From: Callorhinchus milii
Lineage: Eukaryota
NCBI RefSeq assembly: GCF_018977255.1
Contig: NW_024704742.1
Span: 47,926,001 to 47,990,000, forward strand
Direction: 5' to 3'
Length of the DNA stretch: 64,000 nt
The notes under the pieces were generated by a model. That model ran no database searches and was not told the origin of the DNA. It saw only the letters and a program-made list of their open reading frames with translations. Positions 51,407-62,770 of the stretch are shown piece after piece. The position numbers and the translations under genes are program-made. Numbering within the stretch: the stretch's first letter is position 1; each line of letters opens with the position of its first letter.

Positions 51407-52332
51407 ACAAAAACAAAATTACATTTGTAAAGCGCCTTTCACATTGGGAGCACATCCCAAGGCCCTGGATAGTCAGTGTTATGAACCTGAGCTGGGGGTC
51501 GGGATGGGGGAGGGCAGGGTGGGAAGCAGGATGATTGAAAGCACAGTTGAAGAGGAGAGTCTTGAGATGGGTCTCAAAGGGAGGGGGCGAGATGGAGGGA
51601 CTGCAGGATGGAATTCTAGAGGGTGAGAGCAGAAGGCTCGCCTGCCAGTAGAGGGTTGGGCAAGGTGAGGGACGTGAAGCAGGCCGGAGCCCGCTGAGCG
51701 GAGGGAGCGGACAGGATGGTAGGGGGTTAAGAAGTCACAGAGGTAGGGGCGAGCAAGGCCATGGAGGGCTTTGAAGGTGAGGACCAGGATCTTGAACTGC
51801 ATCCTCTGAGTGATGGGAAGCCAGTGGAGTCGGATGAGGATTGGGGTGATAGGGGAGGCCGACAAGCAGGGAGTTTGCATAGTCAAGCCTGGATGTTATG
51901 AATGCGTGTATGAGGGTTTCGGAGGCCTGCGGTGTGGGACAGTGGCAGAGCCGGACGATGTTGCAGAGGTGGGGGAAGGCAGAGCGGGTCATGGCACAGA
52001 CGTGGGGTAGAAAGGATAGTTCAGGGTCAACAAGACATCAAGGTTCTGGACTGGCTCAGTGAGGAATGAACATCCTCGGATGGTGATGCTGTCAGGGCCT
52101 GAGGTGTGGAGGCGCTGATGGGAGCCAATCAGGAGAGCCTCGGTCTTGTTGACGTTCAACTGAAGAAAGTTAGCTCTCATCCAAGATTTGATGTCTGACA
52201 GACACTCTGTTAGGACAGCAGTGGTCCTGGAGTCAAGCGTGGATGCAGAGAGGTGGAAGTTGACCTCATGTCTGCGGATGATGTCACCAAGAGGAAGCAT
52301 AGATATTGAAGAGGAGGGGACCAAGGACAGAG
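51407..52332 (-). mobile_element. L2 LINE 3' portion (RT C-terminus to tail)
   Basis: MLPLGDIIRRH..LSDIKSWMRANFLQLNVNKTEALLIG, LIHAFITSRLDYANSLL, LHWLPITQRMQFKIL; frameshifted. Confidence 0.95.
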
Positions 52333-52550
52333 CCATTAAGGGACAAGAGTTCATCTTAATTTGGTCAAAACAGATCTGTGCAGAAAAAAATACCAACTTC
52401 TGAACAATGTTATTGGTACATATTCTATAGAACAGGGATGGCCAACTTGTGGCTCATGTGACTATTTTACACGTTCGTAATGCAGCTCCCAAATTGGTCG
52501 TCCATGCTAGAGAAGATTAATTTTGTTTTACTGTTCCATCTTAAAAGTAC

Positions 52551-52618
52551 CTTAGCCAGCACCTCTGGAGAGACTTCCTCATCTGGGGTCCACAATTTGC
52601 CATTTTTCCTCCTGCAAA
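52551..52618 (-). CDS. PDS5A: PDS5A exon (68 bp as assembled; 69 needed to keep frame)
   Basis: tgttag|TTTGCAGG AGG AAA AAT GGC..GCT AAG|gtactt; ..[19 protein letters not shown]; one base short. Confidence 0.9.
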
Positions 52619-52639
52619 CTAACAAAATTACAGATGTTG

Positions 52640-53830
52640 AGAATTATTATGATCACCAAAAGTTTGGATAAAGAAGCCCCTTCTGCCCATTTGATCTCGT
52701 CTCAACCACTCTTCCTGGCTAATCTGTTAATCCTTGCCCTCTTGGTAAGGAAATACTCTCTGGAGTTTGCCCTGAAATTCTGCTTTGCAAACACCTCACC
52801 TGTATGATCTTGTTGAGTTTACTTTCTCGATTCAAAATCTTACATTTTTCTCTGAACATCTCCTCTGAAATATCTCTTTTCATGATTGGAATCATAGCTT
52901 GATAATGATTCCTAATTCTAACACTGGGAATCATCTGCACTGGCTCCTGTACCTGGGCAGCTTCTTTACGTTGTGCTGACCAGAACGGCAGCACTCTGTC
53001 TGACCACAGCACTAGGAGACTTGGATACAATTGTTGGGAATATGAACTCATGTTATTTGGCAATATAGCTCAGCATCCTGATCACCTCATTTATGTTTGC
53101 CTCGCAATGTTCTGACATTGTGAGTGATGAACCAACTAATACCCTTAAGATTACTTCAGCTTCCCCTTGGGCTATTCTGTCCTACATGGAGTACCTTGCA
53201 TTTGTTTGTCTGATCATCAATTGTCAATCACTGGCCCATGTGCATAGCCTATGAAGCTCTCTTTGTATGACCTTTGCTGCCTTCTCTGATTCCACAGTTG
53301 CCCCCAACTTATCTGCAAATATAAGCACTTTATGTTGGGTCTGAGTACCTAGGTCATTAATGTATATAAGGAACAGGAGGGGTCCCTTCCACAGGCTCTA
53401 AAGGCACCCCACTTAATTCCTTCCCCTCATTTTGACCCATCTCCCCTCTACTTTCTTCCAGTCAGCTAATTTCAAATTCTTATCAATATCTCGCCTTTGA
53501 TCCCCAGTGAAATCAGTTTGTGAAAGTTTTTTGCATGATACTTCATCAAACTCCTTTTGGAAGCTTAAGTACATTTATGTCATACACCAGTCACTTTGGT
53601 AGTCACTTACGCAAAAAAAGTCTGAGGATGGATAGATAAGATCTACCCATTCTGAATCTGTACTGGCTATCTTATTAATTATTAACTTATTAACTCATTA
53701 ATTATTAATTCATTAATTATTATTAACTTATTAATTATTTTTATTTATACACAAATAATCTTCCATTTTCTTTCTGATGAAATATTCTTTTTTTTTAACT
53801 CCATTTTTTAAAATTATTGAGGTCAGGCTA
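52640..53830 (-). mobile_element. Degraded CR1 LINE (RT region to tail)
   Basis: Reverse-strand remnants resembling CR1 RT motifs (LSFQKEFDEV-like, GVP..VEG.L, FADK.G) and the C-terminal region. Confidence 0.7.
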
Positions 53831-54048
53831 ACAATAGATTACATAGAAAAAATATTTTCTCAGTAAAATACATAATCAGATAATGGTAACAACCTATCCT
53901 GATAGATTACTTCATGTACAGTATATGATTGCTCCTTAGTATTATAAACAATATGCCGTTTGCATTACATAGTACACATGATATTTTTAATATTGTTTAT
54001 TCCTTTTTTTCTTAGAAACCAATTGCTGTGCACAACATCTTAACATAC

Positions 54049-54207
54049 CCGGTCGTTCATAAGCAAATCTTTGACAATAAAGTTTGCAACCACCGACTTC
54101 ATTGGAGAGGCAAACTGGTCTGGGGCCAACATGGCAATGTGCCCTAAGGAGACGAGCGGTGTTATCAGCTGTTCAGGTGCATCAGCATTCAGATTTTTGC
54201 TGAGTGG
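54049..54207 (-). CDS. PDS5A: PDS5A exon
   Basis: tctag|CCA CTC..GAC CGG|gtatgt; 159 bp; [53 protein letters not shown]. Confidence 0.97.
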
Positions 54208-55253
54208 CTAGAGGAAACAAAGTGATTACAAAGAGAATACATAACTGGCTCAACACAATAGCACAGAACTATAATTTCTTGTTAAAAGTGCTATTCTCAG
54301 GTTTGTGGTTTAAAGTGTCCAATAAGTAATACTGTGGATCAATTTTTATAGAAATGAATGCTGTCCTTCAACTAAATGAAAGCAGACACAACCAATTAAA
54401 TTCAAGTAAGGCCAAATAGATACCACACTGAATGAACAATACACTAGATTTTGTGTTGAATGTACAGAAGCTCTAACTTCAAGCTTGAAGAATTTGTTTT
54501 TAATTTGAATTGACATTAGAAATCTAGTTGGCAAAATTTAAATGCGTTCTCCAGTTACCACTATCAGGGATTGGCAATAAATGCCAGCATTGCCCACATT
54601 CCTAAATAAGTTTAAAAATCAAGGGTCAACATCACTGAGACAGAAGGGTAAAAAATATCCTGGCTGTTTGCTGACTGCTATATTTTGCTGTCTGGGGCCA
54701 CCTGGACAAATCTTCCCTGAGGTTAGCCTGAACACATGTTCCGCAGATATCAAGGAAAGTTCTGGCTAAAATATTCATTTTCCATTTTTTTTAAAGAACT
54801 GTGCAATTGTTTGTTATCTTGCCATCAGGGCTTTCAAATCCAACTCAGAATTGGCTTTTTGGGGGCAGGTTTTCCCATTTGTAGCATGGCTACTATTTGA
54901 AGGAATACATAGCAGTATCTGTACTCTGGGAAGAGCAAAATGGATAGAAACAAAGAAATCTACAGCGCAGAAGGCGACCATTCGGCTTCAATCCCACTGC
55001 TCCTCTCTATCCCCAGACCCCTTCAAGCCCCTCTTTCTTATGCCTATTTACTTCTCCCTTGAAAGCTAAAAAATAGAATCACTTTATCTCAAGAACATTA
55101 TAGCTCATTTAAGTAAGATTATGGAGCAGGAAAAACTGATGTATAAAACTAAATAATAATAATTCTTGCATTTGATATTGCAACTTAATGTGTCATCGAG
55201 ATATTGCAAAACTAAAGATTTATATTTTGAGATTGCCAATGGACCCCTGTGAT

Positions 55254-55581
55254 TAGAGGTTGCATTCCTCATCTCTTTCGCAATCCTGGGATTTTAATGC
55301 CCCAAATTGTACCTTGTGCAGGACGCATGCAGTTGTTCTCTGCGCTAGCGGGGTACCTCAGAGAGTGTCCCTCCTCGGGGAAGGCGCTCACCTGCTCCCG
55401 TCGGCTTTCCCTCGTGGAAACGTGCGGCCCACTTCCCGTGGAGTCGGAAGACCCACCCTCCTCTTCTACCTGGGCTCGGCCTTTATACAATCCCGAAACC
55501 CCAGGATTCTCTTAAACAAATCCCGGGATTTTGGGAGCAACATTACCACATGAGATCCTAGGATCGGGATTGCAGCCCCTA
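55254..55581. mobile_element. hAT-type MITE
   Basis: Imperfect TIRs TAGAGGTTGCATTCC / GGGATTGCAGCCCCTA; internal ATCC(C/T)GGGAT motifs; CpG-rich; no clean 8-bp TSD. Confidence 0.7.
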
Positions 55582-55751
55582 TTCATGACAAATTCTGTTG
55601 GTTTGCATGACCTTAGAAGTACATCCTTCCATCAATGAAAAAATTAAAAGTATTAGATTACGAATGCCCCTTCCTTTTGTTTTTATAACTTCACATTAAA
55701 GAACAAATCAGTTTCAGCAAACAGAAAACAACTAACAGATAATTCAGATAC

Positions 55752-55875
55752 CTCAAAGATCTGTGCCAGCTGTACTTCTTTATTTGTGAAGATGGCGTGA
55801 ATGCAGTGAACAGCTTGCTTGGCTTGGCGAGGTGTACCTCTCTTTGCTTTCTGATGCAGGATTGGAATAAGTGAA
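55752..55875 (-). CDS. PDS5A: PDS5A exon
   Basis: aacag|T TCA CTT..TTT GAG|gtatct; 124 bp; [41 protein letters not shown]. Confidence 0.97.
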
Positions 55876-56714
55876 CTGTTTGAAAAACAAAAGATCAATT
55901 TTACTGAATCGTTATAGAGATGGTTGTAAATGCCTTGCAAAGTTTTAAGTGCTTTGGGTATGTTAACTTTTCTTGCATTACTGAATTCTCTTCCCTTACA
56001 GTCAAGATTACATACATTTTGTACTGGTGGTCTTATTTTTTAAATGTAGTTTTATTCAAATAAATAAGACTCAAGAAAGTTCTTAGATTCAATTGCCAGA
56101 GGTAAACACCCAACAAGTGGACTGGATACTCAGGAATAAATGAGTCAGGATTTCTGCTCTTGATAAATATAATTTCTGCTGATGCTGGACAAGGACAGGA
56201 TTGGGCTCCACTTCAATGCCCCCTTTCCCATCCTCTCCACCTCCCATGGTTGCTAACCTACCAGCACTCACAAGCTAGGTTTGTTAAGAATGAGCCAGAT
56301 ATACCATGCCTGAGAAATTGGGACCCTAGTACTGTTTTCCTCAAGAAAAGATGAAAGGATGTGAAGAAATGGTCTCCACATCTGCACAGAAAGGAAAACA
56401 TTAGTACAAAGAATTAACTGGATTTTTAAAATCAATTTACTGTGAATTTTGAGGGAATTCTGACAATAATCTTTTCTTGGTGCGAGGGCAGAGAAACTCC
56501 CACCATCAATGACATGAAAAAGGTTCCATAACCAAGGCTTAGTTATATATGGAAGTTAATTTCCCTTTCTGTATGAGTTTTATTTACTGATGAATGAGAG
56601 ATATCTTTAAAATGTTAAAAGGGTTACATTGTTTCAATGTATAATTATATAGAAACTGCTTTAAAAATCTAAAAATGCTATGCAGAAATGCTATGCCAGC
56701 ATCTTCTTGACAAT

Positions 56715-56866
56715 GGAGAGAGAATGTAAAAATTCTACCAAATCAGCGTATTATTATCTTTAAATACAGGAACTATTGGCTATATTGTTTTGAAATCATA
56801 GCCAATAGTTCATGTATCTAAAGATTATAATACACTGATTTGGTAGAACGTTTATATTCTCTCCCC
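56715..56866. repeat. Long inverted repeat (hairpin; ~69-bp arms, ~14-nt loop)
   Basis: 56715-56783 pairs with 56798-56866 with few mismatches. Confidence 0.9.
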
Positions 56867-57044
56867 GATGTTTTTAATATAAATTAAATCAGATTTTGTA
56901 AATAATGATACTGCCATATAAAAGTTATATTTACAAAATCTTTCAAATCAATTGATATTCCAATGAAGCAGAACAGTGTTCCCTTAGAATTTTTGTACAT
57001 ATGGAATTTGAATGTCCAGAAAATTCTTCCTACTGGGTACTTAC

Positions 57045-57205
57045 GAACGAATCTGTGGGAGATCAGTTTCTATTTTATGTCCAGTGTTTCTGAAGATTTG
57101 AATGGCAGCCTCTGCTACTTTATCATCCTCCATCTTCAAACACTGCAAGAGTGATTCATACGTCTCTGAAGAGTGGAAGGAGGTGGGATGTGTGAATGAC
57201 AAAAC
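57045..57205 (-). CDS. PDS5A: PDS5A exon
   Basis: tgcag|GTT TTG..CGT TC|gtaagt; 161 bp; [53 protein letters not shown]. Confidence 0.97.
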
Positions 57206-57573
57206 CTGCAGCACAGAAATGGAAAGGAAGGAGAAATACAAAGGTGACCTTTTTTAAATATTATATTTTCATTTTGAAAGACAACCTTATACCCAACAAT
57301 ATTTATTTGTTCAACATGGATTCAAAATTTAAAACCCTAAAAAGGGATTGGTTAGTTTTGTCACAATACTGACAGATTCAAAAATGTGGTCAGATTTTAA
57401 AGAAGTTATTAATGCATGAAACTACATTAAGTTCAGACTACAATTTAACAGCAAATCCACCCATACATAATTATTTCAATTTAGAATGCAATCTTCCCAT
57501 AGCACATGAGGCTGTAATGTTGAAGTGCTTTGGAGATCAAGAGCTTTCATTTTAAGATAATTGGGTTTCATAC

Positions 57574-57679
57574 CTTAAGAAGCTCCAAGCCTGCTCTGAT
57601 TGCAGAGTCAGGGGTTACACCTTCCTCTTCATCATCTGCAGAGCCTTCGATGGATTTATTCATGAGCTTCACTAAAGAA
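57574..57679 (-). CDS. PDS5A: PDS5A exon
   Basis: tacag|T TCT TTA..CTT AAG|gtatga; 106 bp; [35 protein letters not shown]. Confidence 0.97.
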
Positions 57680-57699
57680 CTGTAACATAAGACATTGGC

Positions 57700-57860
57700 T
57701 GCAGTGATGAGCGATTGCATGCACACTTACCTTTGCATTGAATTACGCATGCGCAGTGCAGATGATTGATTAAATCTGATTTTGTACGACTTATTGCCTG
57801 CATTTGCCTGCAACTCGGACTAAGCGTAAGTGTCATGTTTAATGTTATAGTCCCGACTGA
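57700..57860 (-). mobile_element. DNA-transposon (hAT-like) end, homologous to 14450-14600
   Basis: CAGTGATGAGC terminus; reverse complement matches 14450-14600. Confidence 0.6.
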
Positions 57861-58529
57861 TACAACTTATGTGAGTTTTACTATAAACTATGGCTACTGC
57901 TCAAAGAATACACAAATAAAATAATAAATAGATGAGGGGAGAAGGGAAGCGTGGAGGGGGATTGGGAAAGAGGATTAGGATGGGCGGAGTCCCATGTGGA
58001 GTATAAACACTGATAAAGACAAGTTGGATCAATTGGCAGGTTTCAATGCTTTCCAGTTCACGTAATTCAATGTAATACTCAAGGGATGAAGGAAACAAGC
58101 CAATTTCCCTTCTGTAGCCTCTTCCGTTTCCAAAGCAATGAAAGTAAGATATTGCTTGACAATCCATCATCATCATCATTAAAAGCTGTATGAAATCCTT
58201 TTGCACTTATTGTGAAGTCTACTAAACAGTACTGCTACTCAATATGTAATACCACTCTAGCAGTTAACCAGCAGTACAATAAAATAAGAGCAGATTCAAT
58301 GTACTGAATGATTATTTAAAAAAGGCTTCAGTCCTTTCAATGTAAAGTGTTTACAATTCTCTTTTGAAAGAAAATGAATTATTGAACCAGTGACATAATT
58401 CAGTGACCCCAATACTTTTTAATCATAGATATGCCCAGTGGAGTGGAAAATCTTTGGAGACTAGTTTCCTCAGTGCTCAATCCTTGCAACTAGATTAAAT
58501 ACTTCAATGAGGAACTGTTCAATTGAAGA

Positions 58530-58905
58530 AAGATTGAAAGATGAAAGACTGGTTGTTGGTACCAACCAGTCAAAGGTTTAGAATTTGAGCCCCATCCCAG
58601 AACTTGAGGGACTGCTGCATTTGTAGAGATTCCATCCTTTGGATTAAACGTTAACATTAGGTACTATCTATGCAGTTGGTTCAAGTGTGGTGTTAACAAT
58701 ATCTCGGCACTGTTTTGAAGAAATCCTGGGAATTTCCCACTGTCCCATCTTCATCAAATTCACCTCCCAAAATGTATTCATTCAACTTATTGCTGTTTGT
58801 AGGACACTGCTGATGACATTAATTTTCATTTTTGCCCAAATAACAAGTAGTCATTTATAAATAAATAATGTTTGTTACAACTGAATATCAAATGCAAACA
58901 TTATT
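58530..58905 (+). mobile_element. Deu-domain SINE, degraded
   Basis: CATCCTTTGGATTAAACGTTAAC..GGCACTGTTTTGAAGAA..TTGCTGTTTGTAGGACACTGCTG. Confidence 0.65.
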
Positions 58906-59010
58906 TTGATACTTTTTAGCTTCTGATCATAATTTGTGACTCAATTTATTGAAATTCAGCAACTTGGGGCTCATTTTGATAGCTATAGCTCTTTGTTGAA
59001 GTGCATCAAT

Positions 59011-59380
59011 GTGGAGTCCTGTAGCTCAGTGGTTAGAGCACTCGCCTCGCAAGTGAGAGTCCTGGGTTTAATTCCCGGGAGGGTGAAACGTTAGGTAAGT
59101 TTCCTTACTCCATGCACCTCTGTGTACCTAACAGTAAGTAGGAACCTGGTTGTTAGTCGATTGGCGAATCGCTTTTCCGGGGGTAATAATTCCTTCAAAA
59201 AAAATTATTTGGTCATTCAATCCATGACTGTTGGTGGGGAACTGCTGTGCGCAATTCGCTATCGCGTTTCGCCCACAAAATATACAGTCAATTCACTTTA
59301 CAGTATATTCTGTGCAGCGCTTTGTAACGTCTCGAAGACTTGATAAGGTGCTATATCAAATTCAAGAATTATTATTATTA
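59011..59380 (+). mobile_element. Full-length tRNA-derived SINE, long variant
   Basis: Same head and tail as the 23007 copy, plus an extra ~60-bp internal segment (about 59118-59183). Confidence 0.93.
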
Positions 59381-60221
59381 GGAGGTGTTACAATTGCATT
59401 AATTGACAGATGCAAACATGATGCAGCAATATGGTGGACACTCAGAATTTGGCACAGATTAAGAGGTATAGCTGCAATTCATGCCGATGATATGAGAAAA
59501 AGAACTGAAACAATAAGTTAACCGGTTTTGGCACAACAAATGAAGACAAATCAACACAAATGTATCCAGATTTTGAAGCAATGACAACTATTTGGTTGCT
59601 TAGAGAAAGCATTATGTGCAGTATTGCTTGATAAGACATCTTATCGTCATCAGTTTACTTGCTCAGGCCAGCAATCTGCTTGACATTTTATCTGAAACTC
59701 TGAATGCACTGCTCTCCTGCTTTTACATGGTATATTGATTGCACTCATTTCTCAGATCCCTGCCAATTTTCCTTTCCCGTGGTTTCTGATGCATGGCTTG
59801 AATTACTTTGCAGTGGATAGGAATGCTCAAGTTGGCACCAACCAAGAAGGCCTTGCACATTGGCTTTTTAAAAAAACTAACCACAATTATTTAGGATTTC
59901 AGACCTGGTGGGTTATTAACAGGTGAATCTCTGAATGATGGTTATTTCAGAATCGGTTTCAATTTATTTCTGTATTGTCTAAAGTAATGAATTTCAAGCA
60001 TTTGAATGCTTACGTAAAGAATGAGAAACTAAACAGTACAGTACTGAATGTTGTATTAAATGTAACTTTATGATCACAAGAACATAGTATGTGTGGGTAT
60101 GGTGGAGGAAGAGAATAGAATCCAGAGGATACAAAGTAAATTCAGATAACACATTGACTGTTTGGATCAATCGGTTGAAATGGATTGTTTTTGTTTGATC
60201 AAATTTGAAAAAAAAAGACTT

Positions 60222-60422
60222 TATGGGATGCTGCTGTGCGCAATTGGCTGCTGCGTTTCCCCCACAAAATATACAGTCAATTCACTTTACAGTTTATTCT
60301 GTGAAGAGCTTTGAGATGTTTGAAGGGCTCCGGGACGCTACCCCGTGTGAAAAGCGCAATTTAAATGTAAGTTGTTGTCTCAACGACTAGATAAGGCGCT
60401 CTCAAATGCAAGTATTATTATT
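60222..60422 (+). mobile_element. tRNA-SINE 3' half interrupted by an L2 tail (60320-60378)
   Basis: SINE ..TTTGAGATGT | L2 tail GGGACGCTACCCCGTGTGAAAAGCGC..AAGTTGTTGT | CTCAACGAC..GATAAGGCGCT. Confidence 0.85.
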
Positions 60423-61579
60423 TCAGTATTAAGTAATAGGTAAGGGAATAAGGATACTTCACAATAATCCATAACATTTAAAGTTACTGACAATGGGCCT
60501 TTCAAGCATCATGAATTTCTCACTGCTGAAACAGAAATGTTCTTGTTTGGCACAATACTCCATGAGGGAGCACAATAGCAGTTGGCAGCAAGTGCAGTAA
60601 ACAACAACAGGCAGCCAATAAGAAGAGTAAAAGCACACGGACTCCATAACATGGTATCCTTTGAGGTGCTGAATACTGAAAAGGTGGCTGATATTAAAAA
60701 AAAGGTACATATAATCTAATTTCAGATGGAACAGACAGGATATAACCACATCCTCTTTAATGCAAGCCTGAAGTGCAGATTTTTAAATGACAAAAAGTGA
60801 AACCTTGTTTGTAAGTGGGTTGCAAGGGTACAGGTTACATTTGCAAATTTATCTCATCTCATCATCAATTTAGTGATACTTCAATATGTAGCACATTGAA
60901 TGTGCCCGGATATGCATTAGGCAGACACCCTGAAGCTGTTCTCAATGGTGAAGTTTGTGGAGATGATCTTGTAGCAGTTGATTTCTAGCTCATGGCTTTG
61001 GACTATCAGTTTTATTGGATACTTTTTTTGTGTAGTGAAAAGCTGATATCACTCCAATTGACAGATGACACCAGACATAATTAATTAAAAGAACCAATGT
61101 TGAAACATATTCCATTGCTCAATGCAGCCCATTCAGGTTTAAAACAAAAACAGTTTAAAAATCAATCAATTATTCTCCCATATTAATCCAAATTTACCCC
61201 AAATTCAAATTATTTGGCTACTTATCTCATCATTTAAAGGACACTGTTTCATCTCCAAATATGCATTGGAAGCAAGAGAGAATCAGAAAAAATAGAACAC
61301 GAATAGAATAAGGTAGAAAATAGCAAAATAAAATTAAAAGGAAAAATAATAAGTAATAAATGGAAATCTTAAGTAAAGTTAATGTTTTGCCTATTAATGA
61401 TAGTTAAGATGACATTTGAATGTTTGACCTTTTTATTACAGAATACTGTTGATTTTTTGATAACATTATAATACCAACCTGAACAGACACCTGAATGCCC
61501 AAATTAGAAAGGGTTGAAGTACAAGCATAACACATTCCAAACCAATGCCTTCAATCCCTCAGCTTCCATTTTATGTAAT

Positions 61580-61730
61580 GTAATCCTTGCATTTGATACT
61601 GCACCTTATCATCATCATAAAGTCTCAAAGTGCTTCACAGGATTTAATGTAAAGTGAAGTGACTGGGTATTTGTAGGCAATTACAGTAGCCTATTTGCCA
61701 CTGCAAGTCCCACAAAAGGCATGACCACTT
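61580..61730 (-). mobile_element. tRNA-SINE 3' half
   Basis: TAATCCTTGCATTTGATA..GTGCTTCACAG..GTAAAGTGAA. Confidence 0.8.
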
Positions 61731-61882
61731 TTATCCAGAGGATTGTTAGTAGGCAAGTAGAAGAACATTACTTAACAATTTTTGCTTCCATTAAATAAAT
61801 ATCTGTGGTGCAAAGAACATAATAATTATAATAAGTGTTGAACAGTAATTTCCGTACAATACCTAAATGTTAGAAAGCATAC

Positions 61883-61998
61883 CTGATAGCTTCAGAATCA
61901 ATATGCACTGGAGCAATCCTTTCCAGCAGAAATTTCACCATCTCCAGGAAGGGATTAGTTGGTTGCTTGGGATTTGCTAGTTTACGTGTTATTTCTCT
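61883..61998 (-). CDS. PDS5A: PDS5A exon
   Basis: atcag|AGA GAA..ATC AG|gtatgc; 116 bp; [38 protein letters not shown]. Confidence 0.97.
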
Positions 61999-62432
61999 CT
62001 GATGAAAACAGGATGAAAACAAAGAGTGAAGATTCCATGAATTTATAGAAAAAAATTAAATTGTTTATCATGATTGAGCTTTAGGTGCTTAAGTTTGAAT
62101 TTGACAATATAGTAAAAATTAGTTATCTTAAACATTTGAAATGAGAGCTAGCTCCATGGAAAGGCGATGCCTCGGTTTGTGTCTCAAGAGTCAGGTACTT
62201 TCCCACAAGGAAATAAAAATTTAATAATCTGCACCTTATTGCAGCTAGTTTCAGACTAATATTGACAGGAATTTGAGAACAATTATAGACGGTGTGTGGG
62301 AAAACAAAAAAGAGTTAGGGAAGCAAAACTATTTCTCAAAGGTCTTACTTTCAATAAAAGGGTAAACATTTGAGCAGTAGATTTTATATACTTTAAGGGA
62401 GGTAACCAAACACAGAAATAATGTTCACTTAC

Positions 62433-62572
62433 CACACAGATTTCTGCTTGTTTACATGAACATGCCGGACTAATCAGCAATTCCAACTGAGCCCGCAGCC
62501 TCTCATCATCACCCAAAACCTGGTTAAACTTTTTCATGAAATCCTGCGCTTTTCCTGGGTCAGGCAAGTTTT
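62433..62572 (-). CDS. PDS5A: PDS5A exon (most 5' exon in the window)
   Basis: atcag|AA AAC TTG..TGT GTG|gtaagt; 140 bp; [46 protein letters not shown]. Confidence 0.97.
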
Positions 62573-62770
62573 CTGATCATAGGCAGGACAGATTAGAAAA
62601 TACGGTAATCAGTAGACAACAAAACCCTAAGTTTTAAAACTACCGGTGAAAGCAAAACAGAAACATATACACTTAGTCAACAGGAGAAAATGGAGAAACT
62701 GGAAAATCTAAATAGAAATTTTTTTAAAAATGTTTCAAATGCATTATTCTCTGGACCCAGAAACTGCAAA

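Noticed and set aside
53670-53745. AT-rich TTATTAA tandem-like run
   Set aside because: Ordinary low-complexity expansion inside a decayed CR1.
34037-62572. Calling the minus-strand gene PDS5B or a pseudogene
   Set aside because: Sequence ([16 protein letters not shown]-terminal RQMDLQR) and UBE2K synteny fit PDS5A; splice sites and frames are intact apart from one probable homopolymer error.
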